Positions 17,828 to 26,374 of a DNA stretch of 64,000 nucleotides are shown piece after piece. The position numbers were made by a program, and so were the translations under genes. The stretch lies in IMG/VR virus record IMGVR_UViG_3300021963_007290, positions 38,867-102,866 of that record. One strand, 5' to 3'. The notes under the pieces are model-generated. The model was not told the DNA's origin. It saw only the letters and a list, made by a program, of their open reading frames with translations, and ran no database searches. The stretch comes from a virus. Its lineage: Duplodnaviria > Caudoviricetes. Position 1 is the first letter of the stretch. Every line of letters begins with the position of its first letter.

Positions 17828-20800
17828 TGTCAAAAGGTCAATTACTGTCAAATGACACAAGTGGAATTGAATTAATGTACATGTGGTTTGGTCAAATTGT
17901 TGACGATTCCACATGGAGGGGCAATTCTGCAAAGGAAGATGGATGCCATACATTGAGAACCAGAGATGATTTTCAAGGATATGGGTATAGATATAAAGTA
18001 AGAATTTTTGGAAGAGATATTCCAGATAAAGATGATCCCCAAAAAGGAGTAACTGATGATCAATTGGTAATGGCAGAAGTTGCTATGCCGGTTACTGCTG
18101 GAAGTGGTCAGGCAGGTTCTACTCAAACTCCAAATCTTAGGCAGGGAAATTATGTATTTGGATTTTACAAGGATGGTGTAGACGCTACAGAACCAATCAT
18201 TTTTGGTGTTCTTCCAAATCATGCACAAACAAGATTATTTGGTGGAGATCCTGACAAGGGATTTGTGCCAAGGACTGGATATGTTGGAACAGCAGAATCA
18301 AAACCAGTTTCAAATAAAAATATTTTAGGCGAAGGTCCTGATGGAGGAAATCCAATTAGTGAATCGACAGGATCTAATTATGTTTTAGATGTAAGAGATA
18401 TTGACGTAAGAGACGAACAAAGAAAACATTATGTTCCTAAGACATATGATTGCGATACAAGAGGTGGTGGAAAATTTTCTGCCATTTCAAAAATAATTAA
18501 TGATTTGATGAAGTTTGTAAACAAGGTTAAATCTGCATCAGAAAGTTTTTTTGGAGCAATCTCAGATACAATTAATGGATTACAATCAATAATTGAGGAT
18601 GGTGCATTATTAATAGCTGATCTCATGAAAGGAATGATAGATCAGATGAGAGGGTTTGCCTTAAATCAAATTAATAAGGGATTTTCAGCAGTTCATTCTC
18701 TTTTGCCTCCGAATAAAACTTCATTTACAAATGAAACACTTAGAGTGGCAGTTGATTTATTATTATGTGTTTTTAATAAATTAATCAAAGGTCTTTTTGA
18801 TAGTGTTTTAAAACTACTTACGGATTTAGTCAATAAAGCAGCATCTATAGCTCAATGCGTTGTTGAAAATTTTTTAGGATCTTTACTTGCGGGTATACTT
18901 GGTCCTATTGGTAGTGCATTAGATTCTATTTCTGGACTTGTTGATGGAATATCATCCTCAATATCAGGTGTTCTTAGTGGAATATTCAGTGCATTAGATA
19001 CTATTTTAGGTATTTTAGATCTACTTAATTGTGATGAAAATTTAGATTGTAGTTCTGGTGATGGATGGAGTTTTTGGTATGGGGCAGATTTCCCAACTCC
19101 ATCTCCACCAAACTTTAGTGGTGCTATTCAGGGACTTGCTGAATTTCCGGACATTGGAGAAGCAGTTGCCTCTTGTTTTGACGGTCCACTTGCATCTGGA
19201 CCTCCAAAGGTTAAATTTAATGGAGGTGGTGGAACTGGTGCAACAGGAAATGCAATAATCGGACCAAATGGGGAAATACTTGGAGTAGATATACTTGATG
19301 GTGGAAATGGATATACTTCTTCACCTACCGTAACTCTTGAATCGGATAGTGGGGATGGAAGTGGTGCAGTTTTATATGCGGTATTGCAAGATGATAATAA
19401 TTTCCTTGGAGGACAAGGTGGATCTACAAGTAGAAATCCAACGGATGATGATTTATTGTCAAAACTAAAGAATGGGGGAATATCTAAAACTCCAACAAGT
19501 GTTAAAATAAATTCAAGCGGTCCTTTACTTGTAACAGATTCTGGACAACAAGTTTATGTCGGTGGAACTGGGGGAACAACTTTAACGGCATTTAATTCAA
19601 ATGTCTCTTCCAATTCACCTGGGGTTGTTGTTCCGAGAGGAAACAGATTTACTTACAATCAAGAACCAATAACCTTAAATTTCCTTACTGAAGTTACAGA
19701 ATCTGGAGATGGAAACGAAGTCAATACTAATTTTGGTCTTTTAAAAATTGGAAGTGTTGGTGGAGTTCCGGCAAGAGTTGGTGGAACTGACGGAAACGAA
19801 GTATTTTATGTTGATCCGAATTCAAATTCTTATATCGGAATACGAGTAAATGTTGAAGAACCATTATTTGCAAATATAGATCAACCAATTATTGCTGGTC
19901 CATATAAAGGAACCTTTGAAGGAGTTGGAACATATTCAAATGGATCTTTTGCCGGAACAGGTTTATTTAAAGCAAAAGATTCTGAAGGAAAAGACATAAG
20001 ATTAACTGGAAGATTCAGTGGATTTGATAGTTCTTTATCGGGTTACGGATCTGGAACCTTTACAGGAATTGGTACAATTGAAAACGGAAGGTTTGTTGGT
20101 GATGGAATTTTTATAGCCGATGTTTCAAAAATTATCAATCTTACAGGAAAAACTGTTGATGATGGAAATGGCAATATAACATCTCCAGATGGAACAAAAA
20201 TTATTATTAATCAAGATGGAACTGGATTAGTTACATATTCGGATGGAACTCAAAGATCTGTTGCTGTTTTAAAAGCAAATTCTACAAGTGGATCGGAAGT
20301 TACTTCTGGAAATTCTGGAATATTTGTTACTGTCCCAACTTCAACATCAGGAACTGGTGCTGCAGGAACTGGAACTGGAACTGGAACTGGAGCAACTGGC
20401 GTTAGTGGTGCAGAAATTGGAACGGGAACTGGTGCTACTGGTGCTGGTTCTGGTGGAACAGGAACCACTACTCAACAAGTATTTTCTGGTGGATATGGTG
20501 GAAATCTTATAAAATTGAGTACTGAAACTGGTTCTAATATAATACCAGTGACTACTGAAGATGGTCTTCCAGTCACTATAAATGGCATTCCTGTAGTAGT
20601 AGGTTCAAAAACTGGAATACCATTAGTCATTGGGGCAGATTCTGATAAACCACCAGCATCTGTTGATAGCATTCAACTAACATCAAATGGAAATGCTGTC
20701 AGATCACCAATTAAAGTTGGTGGAGTTTCGGAAGGTGTTATTTCAAAAGGATCTTTTGCCGGTCCAAATGGATCACCAGTTCAAGAGGTAATCGTAATAG

Positions 20801-21486
20801 ATTCTGGAGTTGGTTATTTACAGGCACCGGATGGAACAACATGTGGTTCTGGTGCTAAATTATCACCGGCAGATGGTACAATTATCTTTAATGAAAATAG
20901 TGGTTATAGTGTTTATCCGCCAAATAGTACTATACCAGTTTTAACTGGGGATCTTGCATATCTACCTCCACAAACTATAGCAGAAGTTTATAATTCTGAT
21001 GGAGATTTGTTACAAACACTTACTGGTCAAGGTCAGACAAACCCCGTTGTAATAGAAAATACAGGTTTGATTACAACCCCATCTTATAATATTGAGAAGA
21101 ATAAACCAGATCCAATAAATAGTCCAGTATCTGGTGGATCTTACTTAACTTTATTGACTATCAATGATGTATTAATAGCAAACCCAGGAATTAATTATTC
21201 TCCAGATGATAAAATAACAGTTACCCCAAACAATGGTACTATATTAACTCCAAAATATGATAAATTTGGTAGATTATCTTCTGTAGTAATAGAAAATCCG
21301 GGAATAGGATTTACTGAATTTCCAAATATTAGGGTTCAATCTGTCACTGGAATTAATGGATATATAATACCTATATTTGGAGTGGCAAGACGCGGAACAG
21401 ATGTGGCAGAATTTAGTGATGTAATTCAACCAAATGCACAACTTATCGAAGTTATTGATTGCGTAGGAAAATTTTCAAGGAATTAA
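17827..21486 (+). CDS. g5: baseplate hub/spike gp5-like protein (N-terminal OB fold, no evident lysozyme domain)
   Basis: WFGQIVDD...RYKVRIFG...VAMPVTAG...LRQGNYVFGFYKDG..PIIFGVL is the gp5 OB-fold signature. Confidence 0.8.
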   Translation: MSKGQLLSNDTSGIELMYMWFGQIVDDSTWRGNSAKEDGCHTLRTRDDFQGYGYRYKVRIFGRDIPDKDDPQKGVTDDQLVMAEVAMPVTAGSGQAGSTQTPNLRQGNYVFGFYKDGVDATEPIIFGVLPNHAQTRLFGGDPDKGFVPRTGYVGTAESKPVSNKNILGEGPDGGNPISESTGSNYVLDVRDIDVRDEQRKHYVPKTYDCDTRGGGKFSAISKIINDLMKFVNKVKSASESFFGAISDTINGLQSIIEDGALLIADLMKGMIDQMRGFALNQINKGFSAVHSLLPPNKTSFTNETLRVAVDLLLCVFNKLIKGLFDSVLKLLTDLVNKAASIAQCVVENFLGSLLAGILGPIGSALDSISGLVDGISSSISGVLSGIFSALDTILGILDLLNCDENLDCSSGDGWSFWYGADFPTPSPPNFSGAIQGLAEFPDIGEAVASCFDGPLASGPPKVKFNGGGGTGATGNAIIGPNGEILGVDILDGGNGYTSSPTVTLESDSGDGSGAVLYAVLQDDNNFLGGQGGSTSRNPTDDDLLSKLKNGGISKTPTSVKINSSGPLLVTDSGQQVYVGGTGGTTLTAFNSNVSSNSPGVVVPRGNRFTYNQEPITLNFLTEVTESGDGNEVNTNFGLLKIGSVGGVPARVGGTDGNEVFYVDPNSNSYIGIRVNVEEPLFANIDQPIIAGPYKGTFEGVGTYSNGSFAGTGLFKAKDSEGKDIRLTGRFSGFDSSLSGYGSGTFTGIGTIENGRFVGDGIFIADVSKIINLTGKTVDDGNGNITSPDGTKIIINQDGTGLVTYSDGTQRSVAVLKANSTSGSEVTSGNSGIFVTVPTSTSGTGAAGTGTGTGTGATGVSGAEIGTGTGATGAGSGGTGTTTQQVFSGGYGGNLIKLSTETGSNIIPVTTEDGLPVTINGIPVVVGSKTGIPLVIGADSDKPPASVDSIQLTSNGNAVRSPIKVGGVSEGVISKGSFAGPNGSPVQEVIVIDSGVGYLQAPDGTTCGSGAKLSPADGTIIFNENSGYSVYPPNSTIPVLTGDLAYLPPQTIAEVYNSDGDLLQTLTGQGQTNPVVIENTGLITTPSYNIEKNKPDPINSPVSGGSYLTLLTINDVLIANPGINYSPDDKITVTPNNGTILTPKYDKFGRLSSVVIENPGIGFTEFPNIRVQSVTGINGYIIPIFGVARRGTDVAEFSDVIQPNAQLIEVIDCVGKFSRN

Positions 21487-21489
21487 AAT

Positions 21490-22173
21490 ATGGCGATAGA
21501 TATTGCAAGTCAAAAAAGAAGACCTTCTTCAGGGGCAAAGTGCAATCCTGAGCATGTTGTTTATGGAACTAAAGATGGGCAAATAGAATTTGGAAAACTT
21601 CATTACGGGTCAAGTTCTTCATTAGAATCTGATGTAACTTCTGGCGTTTATTTGCAGGCATATGATTCAAGACATTATATGTCCATGGACATTGATGGAG
21701 TCAGAAAAGGATGGACATCTTTTAGATCTCCTGGACCTCATCAAATATGGTGTGCATCTGATGATGCAGGAACTCCAAACGCAAGCGTAACATCTGGCAA
21801 TTGGCCCGGAGCAGGGTTTTTTCTTTTAGCAGAAAATGGTGATATAATTATTCGTGCTCCTAAAGGTAGAATTCGTATGTCCGCAATGGACATAGATATA
21901 AGAGCAGAAGGTCCAGATTTGACAAAGGGTTCTATAAACATTGATTCAAATGAATCCGTAAATATTAAAACTGGAAAATTTGATGTTAAGGCAAATAAAG
22001 GTCTTACCATGTTTACTCCGAGAAATTTGGAATTAGCAACAAATACTTCTCTAAATTTTGTTGCTAATTTTACTTGTGGATTGACAGCAGCAACTCAATA
22101 TAAACCAGATAAAGAAAATTTAGTTACAGTTTTAACATATCCGATGAAAAGTAATTATACTCCCTTTGGTTAA
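21490..22173 (+). CDS. putative gp5 C-terminal-like beta-helix spike protein
   Basis: Follows g5; short beta-strand repeats (AENGDIIIRAPKGRIRMSAMDIDIRA, GSINIDSNESVNIKT). Confidence 0.5.
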   Translation: MAIDIASQKRRPSSGAKCNPEHVVYGTKDGQIEFGKLHYGSSSSLESDVTSGVYLQAYDSRHYMSMDIDGVRKGWTSFRSPGPHQIWCASDDAGTPNASVTSGNWPGAGFFLLAENGDIIIRAPKGRIRMSAMDIDIRAEGPDLTKGSINIDSNESVNIKTGKFDVKANKGLTMFTPRNLELATNTSLNFVANFTCGLTAATQYKPDKENLVTVLTYPMKSNYTPFG

Positions 22174-22200
22174 TACATATTATAATCTATTATTTAAATT

Positions 22201-23022
22201 ATGGGACACGCAGTAGACGACTTATCAGCATCTCATCAGGTAACTTGTGGGGCTGGGTATCCATTCACATCCCTTCTTCTTGGACCTGCAAAAATTAGAG
22301 GATCAAGTTATATTGAAGGTCCATCAGTATTTGGTAATCCTAATATATGGCCAAATGTTTGGGCAACTGTAATGATTGGACCAAATACCAATTTAGATTC
22401 GCCACCAACATTTGCTCCAGGCGCCATGTGCTGGGGTGGTCCAGCAATTAACAATCCATATTCTTTAGCAACTATTGGAAACTCTGGTTTCTTTGGTAGT
22501 GTTGATGTTGCTGGAAATATGTGTACACAATTTAACGTTATTGCACAGGGAGAAGTTGTTTCCAGATGTGGTGCTCACATTCTTTCGTTAAAAAAGAATT
22601 TTGACATTACACATCCAACTAAAAGGGGTTGGAGATTGAGACATACTTGCCCAGAAGGACCAAGCAATGATGTTTATATTAGAGGGCAAGTTAGAAGTAA
22701 AGATTACATTGACCTCCCAGAATATTGGAAAGGTTTAGTTGATCATACAACCATTACAGTTAATCTTACTCCTATTGGTGCCCATCAAGATGTAATTGTA
22801 AAAAGAATTGGTGAAGATAAAGTTTATCTTCAATCGAAAGGAGGTATGCCAATTCATTGTTTTTATCATATTTACGGCGAAAGAAAAGATGGGGAAAGAT
22901 TAATTCCAGAATATCAAGGAGAAACTCCTGCAGATTATCCTGGAAATAATGAAGAGTACTCTATTGTTGGATGGAGTTACGATAAGAGAGAAAAAGATTT
23001 CACCAATTTAAGGAGAGCATAG
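22201..23022 (+). CDS. virion-associated protein with intramolecular-chaperone-like C-terminal domain
   Basis: KKNFDITHPTK..LRHTCPEGP..VYIRG..LPEYWKGLVD..V.LTPIG domain. Confidence 0.55.
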   Translation: MGHAVDDLSASHQVTCGAGYPFTSLLLGPAKIRGSSYIEGPSVFGNPNIWPNVWATVMIGPNTNLDSPPTFAPGAMCWGGPAINNPYSLATIGNSGFFGSVDVAGNMCTQFNVIAQGEVVSRCGAHILSLKKNFDITHPTKRGWRLRHTCPEGPSNDVYIRGQVRSKDYIDLPEYWKGLVDHTTITVNLTPIGAHQDVIVKRIGEDKVYLQSKGGMPIHCFYHIYGERKDGERLIPEYQGETPADYPGNNEEYSIVGWSYDKREKDFTNLRRA

Positions 23023-23024
23023 TC

Positions 23025-23651
23025 ATGTCATTTTCTTCAATGAGTCCAAGAACAGATGCAAAGGCTAATTGTAGACCTAAGCAACCATGGACTATTCCAT
23101 TTGGAAGTTGGGCAAAACCCCTCCTCCCTTATACTGGAGACGATAATTTAAAGTTTAATCCTTTTACGGGTTGTCCTTTATATTGGCACAATTATATGTA
23201 CGTTACAGACCTTAAATGGTCTGGTGGTATTTTGTCTGCAAAAGGACGTTTTTGGGATTCTAAAAAATCTTTTGATATTCCTCATCCAACAAAAGATGAG
23301 CATCGTTTAAGATACATTACCCTTGAAGGTCCAGATGCTGAGGTTTATTATCGAGGAACTTTAAAAGATAATTCCTACATTGAGCTTCCAGATTATTGGA
23401 AAGGTTTGGTAGATGAAGAAACTATTGGTGTGACTTTAACTCCAATTGGTGTCTATCAAGAATTATTTGTAGAAAGAATTGAATGGGGATCGAGAGTCAA
23501 GATTAAAAATAATGCTGGTGGTCCAATCCATTGCCATTATGTTGCCTATGGTATTAGAAAAGATACTCCTAAAAATATTCCAGAGTATCCAGGCTTGACA
23601 CCAGATGACTATCCAGGAGATAATAAAGAATATAATATTAATAGTATTTGA
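23025..23651 (+). CDS. paralogue of the preceding protein (same C-terminal domain)
   Basis: KKSFDIPHPTK..LRYITLEGP..VYYRG..LPDYWKGLVD..VTLTPIG, and a shared PEYxGxTPxDYPGxNxEY tail. Confidence 0.55.
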   Translation: MSFSSMSPRTDAKANCRPKQPWTIPFGSWAKPLLPYTGDDNLKFNPFTGCPLYWHNYMYVTDLKWSGGILSAKGRFWDSKKSFDIPHPTKDEHRLRYITLEGPDAEVYYRGTLKDNSYIELPDYWKGLVDEETIGVTLTPIGVYQELFVERIEWGSRVKIKNNAGGPIHCHYVAYGIRKDTPKNIPEYPGLTPDDYPGDNKEYNINSI

Positions 23652-24328
23652 TGTATAAAGTTCATGAAATGTTTCCCCTGATTGTATATCAGGGTGAGGT
23701 TGAATGCCACCAAAAATTTAAAGAGGAACATTTAGATTCTCTGAGATCTTATTGGTTTGATGGATATCAAAATGAAAGTCCAGAATACTCTGGACGAATT
23801 TTCGCACATTTGAATTCGGAGTATAGTCCTTTCTATAAAGAACTTAGAACACACATTGACAACTATTTTCAATGTTTGAATATTGATCACACGAAATTAG
23901 ATTATCATATTATTAAATCTTGGGTTGGATATCATGCTAATGATGAAACCCCATCAATTAAACCACATACTCATAATGAATCCAATCTAAGTTTTGTTTA
24001 TTATTTGAAATCTGATGAAACTTCAGATAAACTTTGTATTGCACAGCAAGAAAATAAAAATGAATGCGTAGAGGACATTTTTCAAACGGCAATGCAGAGA
24101 AATTTAATTACGGGATATAACAAATACAACTGCAATTACTATACAGTTACTCCAATTGAAGGGACTGTCGTAATTTTTCCCAGCAATATTGGTCACTTCA
24201 CTCAAAAATTTACTGAAAGAAAGGATGAACGTATTGTAATTCCAGGTGATGTTAGGGTAACTTTGAAACGAGAGCATCCTGATTACCACCAAGGATCAAC
24301 GCATCCTTCTCAGTGGCTGGAACTTTAA
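23651..24328 (+). CDS. 2OG-Fe(II) oxygenase superfamily protein
   Basis: SW..., PHTH(N), LSFVYYL, EGTVVIFPSNIGH and ERIVI pattern. The ATG at 23651 overlaps the upstream TGA. Confidence 0.8.
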   Translation: MYKVHEMFPLIVYQGEVECHQKFKEEHLDSLRSYWFDGYQNESPEYSGRIFAHLNSEYSPFYKELRTHIDNYFQCLNIDHTKLDYHIIKSWVGYHANDETPSIKPHTHNESNLSFVYYLKSDETSDKLCIAQQENKNECVEDIFQTAMQRNLITGYNKYNCNYYTVTPIEGTVVIFPSNIGHFTQKFTERKDERIVIPGDVRVTLKREHPDYHQGSTHPSQWLEL

Positions 24329-25046
24329 GCACTTGATCTGGGCAGGATTCTTCCCAGATCTTTCTGTATTCAGATGCCCACATTTCATTTCTATGCATCC
24401 AATCCATATCATAATCAAGTGATATGTGGTTGGATCCGATGTATCTATCAATATAAGATCGAATCAAAGTTTCTCCAAGAGAAATGTCTCCCCAATTATT
24501 ATTGTGCATTTCTTGTGCTTTTTCGTATAGTTTGAAATATTCTTTCATATAAGTTCCAGTTCCATATGCAAAATAATCAACATATGATTCTTCTACTTCA
24601 CATGGACCTGGATGAACTTTCCATGCAGGAATTACAATATCTTTATTTGATTTAATATTAAAATTTCTTATAGAAAAGTCACTTCTACATCTTATGACAA
24701 TATCATAATCTTCTGGATTAAATAAAAATAATCCCAGATAAACTGTGAACCATTGTTGTAAAATTCTATAGGACCATTCTCTTCCATTGATTTCAAGTCC
24801 ATTTTGTTTAAATTCAAAATCAGACAAATATTGTTTATCTTGAAATAGATGTCTTTTTGGTTTATACAGATCAATAACTCTTTTTGTGTCTATATTAACC
24901 ATTCCAGAACCTTTATAAAGTTCAGAATATTGATATGAACTTATAAATACGTCTGCATTATATTTGTCTATTATATTTTCTTTTGTATTTGGGAAGTGGG
25001 TTTCCCAGTTTCTCATGTACCCAGTAAGGACCAATGCGACTTTCAT
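24252..25046 (-). CDS. putative glycosyltransferase-like protein
   Basis: Likely start MKVALVLTGYMR at 25046. DVFISSY, YDIVIRCRSDF and DYFAYG motifs resemble a phage glycosyltransferase-like family. Confidence 0.55.
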   Translation of the reverse strand: MKVALVLTGYMRNWETHFPNTKENIIDKYNADVFISSYQYSELYKGSGMVNIDTKRVIDLYKPKRHLFQDKQYLSDFEFKQNGLEINGREWSYRILQQWFTVYLGLFLFNPEDYDIVIRCRSDFSIRNFNIKSNKDIVIPAWKVHPGPCEVEESYVDYFAYGTGTYMKEYFKLYEKAQEMHNNNWGDISLGETLIRSYIDRYIGSNHISLDYDMDWMHRNEMWASEYRKIWEESCPDQVLKVPATEKDALILGGNQDALVSKLP

Positions 25047-25053
25047 GAGGGGC

Positions 25054-25082
25054 TTGACGACGGGCAGAGGGTGTAGTACAAT
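25054..25082 (+). promoter_or_regulatory. sigma70-type (early) promoter
   Basis: TTGACG-17 nt-TACAAT upstream of the ORF at 25114. Confidence 0.7.
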
Positions 25083-25113
25083 ATGTAGGTACTCAACTGA
25101 CGGACCCCCCTCA

Positions 25114-25278
25114 ATGCAAGTGGATAGAGAAGTCAGCAATGATCTTGTCGCAATGCAAGAAGACGTAGCAGCGCATTTCACTCACGAAAATTTCCCCCTG
25201 AGTGGTGAAGCATACTGGACTATGGTAGAGTGTATTGCACATGCAAAGCTGAAACAAATTCAAGGTTTAATTGACTGA
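25114..25278 (+). CDS. small hypothetical phage protein (54 aa)
   Basis: MQVDREVSND...QGLID; lies just downstream of a sigma70 promoter and overlaps the next gene as TGATG. Confidence 0.6.
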   Translation: MQVDREVSNDLVAMQEDVAAHFTHENFPLSGEAYWTMVECIAHAKLKQIQGLID

Positions 25279-25469
25279 TGGATTATAAAAGTTTAAAAGA
25301 AAACGCAGTAAAGACCACACCACAAAACGTAAAGGAAGCAAACGAAGCATTGTTTAATTGCAAAATGACTCTTCCTGCAGCAGCAAAGCATTGTGGTATG
25401 ACTCAAAAAGAAATGAAATTGACTTTCTTTGAATACTTAAAGTACAATCCTCCTACTTATTCGGATTGA
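25278..25469 (+). CDS. small protein with possible helix-turn-helix (63 aa)
   Basis: MTLPAAAKHCGMTQKEMK is HTH-like; translationally coupled to the upstream ORF. Confidence 0.6.
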   Translation: MDYKSLKENAVKTTPQNVKEANEALFNCKMTLPAAAKHCGMTQKEMKLTFFEYLKYNPPTYSD

Positions 25470-25498
25470 ATTTACATACTCGGTCTCCGAGTACTCCT

Positions 25499-25574
25499 GC
25501 TCCTTTAGCTATCTGGTGAAAGCAATCGACTCATAATCGATCTCAGGTGGGTTCGATCCCCTCAAGGAGCACCA
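25499..25574 (+). tRNA. tRNA with CAT anticodon (elongator Met or Ile2)
   Basis: Acceptor GCTCCTT/AAGGAGC, anticodon arm ATCGA-CTCATAA-TCGAT, GTTCGA T-loop, encoded CCA. Lacks initiator features. Confidence 0.88.
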
Positions 25575-25655
25575 GCCCCTGTGGTGAAACGGTAAACACA
25601 GTTGACTCAAAATCAACCGCCTACGGGTTTGTCAGTTCAAATCTGACCAGGGGCA
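25575..25655 (+). tRNA. trnL: tRNA-Leu(CAA)
   Basis: Acceptor GCCCCTG/CAGGGGC, anticodon arm GTTGA-CTCAAAA-TCAAC, long variable arm. Confidence 0.9.
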
Positions 25656-25656
25656 C

Positions 25657-25685
25657 TTGACAATCCAAGCAAGAGCTGCTATGAT
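25657..25685 (+). promoter_or_regulatory. sigma70-type promoter with extended -10
   Basis: TTGACA-17 nt-TATGAT, with TG two bases before the -10 hexamer; upstream of tRNA-Ile(TAT). Confidence 0.8.
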
Positions 25686-25702
25686 TGTCTTATACGAGAA
25701 AT

Positions 25703-25774
25703 GCTTCTGTTGCTTATTGGTTAAAGCCCTCTGCTTATAACGGAGTGAACGGGGTTCAATTCCCTGCAGAAGCA
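25703..25774 (+). tRNA. trnI: tRNA-Ile(TAT)
   Basis: Acceptor GCTTCTG/CAGAAGC, anticodon arm CTCTG-CTTATAA-CGGAG, T arm CGGGG-TTCAATT-CCCTG. Confidence 0.85.
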
Positions 25775-25778
25775 CCTT

Positions 25779-25861
25779 GGGACGGTGGTGGAATCGGTAG
25801 ACACACCAGACTTAAAATCTGTCGGGCATTGCCTGTGGGGGTTCAAGTCCCCCTCGTCCTA
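25779..25861 (+). tRNA. trnL: tRNA-Leu(TAA)
   Basis: Acceptor GGGACGG/TCGTCCT, anticodon loop CTTAAAA, long variable arm, GTTCAAG T-loop. Confidence 0.9.
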
Positions 25862-25862
25862 C

Positions 25863-25870
25863 TATAAATA
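25863..25870 (+). promoter_or_regulatory. T4-type late promoter
   Basis: Perfect TATAAATA about 25 nt upstream of the ORF at 25895. Confidence 0.75.
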
Positions 25871-25894
25871 CTCAAAATAAGATCTAAGAATCTT

Positions 25895-26179
25895 ATGAAA
25901 TACCGAGTAAGTGCTTGTTTTTGTTGGTATGATCCACAAGAACCAGGATTAAGAAAATACGTTGTTAAAATGTATTTTATTGAAAATTATCCTTATACAT
26001 TCGATGATATTCCAGAGATATCTCTTTGGGATCCAACTTTAGAGATGGAAGCTAATAAATATAAAGTATTCACACCACATGATCTTTATATGGCTTCTTC
26101 ATATTTAATAGCAGAGGAAGCACATCCATGTTTATTTCCTATTGAAGTTGATTACCCAGATCTCGTTCCAAAAGATTAA
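25895..26179 (+). CDS. hypothetical phage protein (94 aa)
   Basis: ORF fills the gap between tRNA groups and has its own late promoter. Confidence 0.65.
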   Translation: MKYRVSACFCWYDPQEPGLRKYVVKMYFIENYPYTFDDIPEISLWDPTLEMEANKYKVFTPHDLYMASSYLIAEEAHPCLFPIEVDYPDLVPKD

Positions 26180-26183
26180 GGAC

Positions 26184-26212
26184 TTGACAAAAACTCACAA
26201 GTGTCTTATAGT
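26184..26212 (+). promoter_or_regulatory. sigma70-type promoter
   Basis: TTGACA-17 nt-TATAGT upstream of a structured leader and tRNA-Thr. Confidence 0.8.
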
Positions 26213-26220
26213 ATACAAGT

Positions 26221-26295
26221 AACTGAGAAATCAGTTGCAATCTCCTAAGACACAAGGGGGGAGTACAAAAGATCCAGTTTATACGGATGCCCCCC
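26221..26295 (+). ncRNA. candidate small structured RNA upstream of tRNA-Thr
   Basis: Hairpin AACTGA-GAAA-TCAGTT, then GGGGGG-AGTACAAAAG-ATCC-loop-GGAT-G-CCCCCC: a GC-clamped stem with an asymmetric purine-rich internal loop. Confidence 0.4.
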
Positions 26296-26299
26296 AATT

Positions 26300-26374
26300 G
26301 CCTCTTTAGCTCAGTGGTAGAGCAACGGTTTTGTAAACCGTTGGTCATCGGTTCAAATCCGATAGGGGGCTCCA
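26300..26374 (+). tRNA. trnT: tRNA-Thr(TGT)
   Basis: Acceptor GCCTCTT/AGGGGGC, anticodon arm ACGGT-TTTGTAA-ACCGT, encoded CCA. Confidence 0.92.

Noticed and set aside
23595-23624. TTGACA-18 nt-GATAAT possible promoter for the oxygenase
   Set aside because: Lies within coding sequence constrained by a motif shared with the paralogue, with non-optimal spacing and -10 element; too weak to call.
24964-25181. Long N-terminal extensions of the 309-aa (-) and 104-aa (+) ORFs
   Set aside because: They overlap each other and a sigma70 promoter. Starts at 25046 (-) and 25114 (+) resolve the conflict.
25685-25867. 60-aa ORF
   Set aside because: Overlaps tRNA-Ile(TAT) and tRNA-Leu(TAA) entirely.
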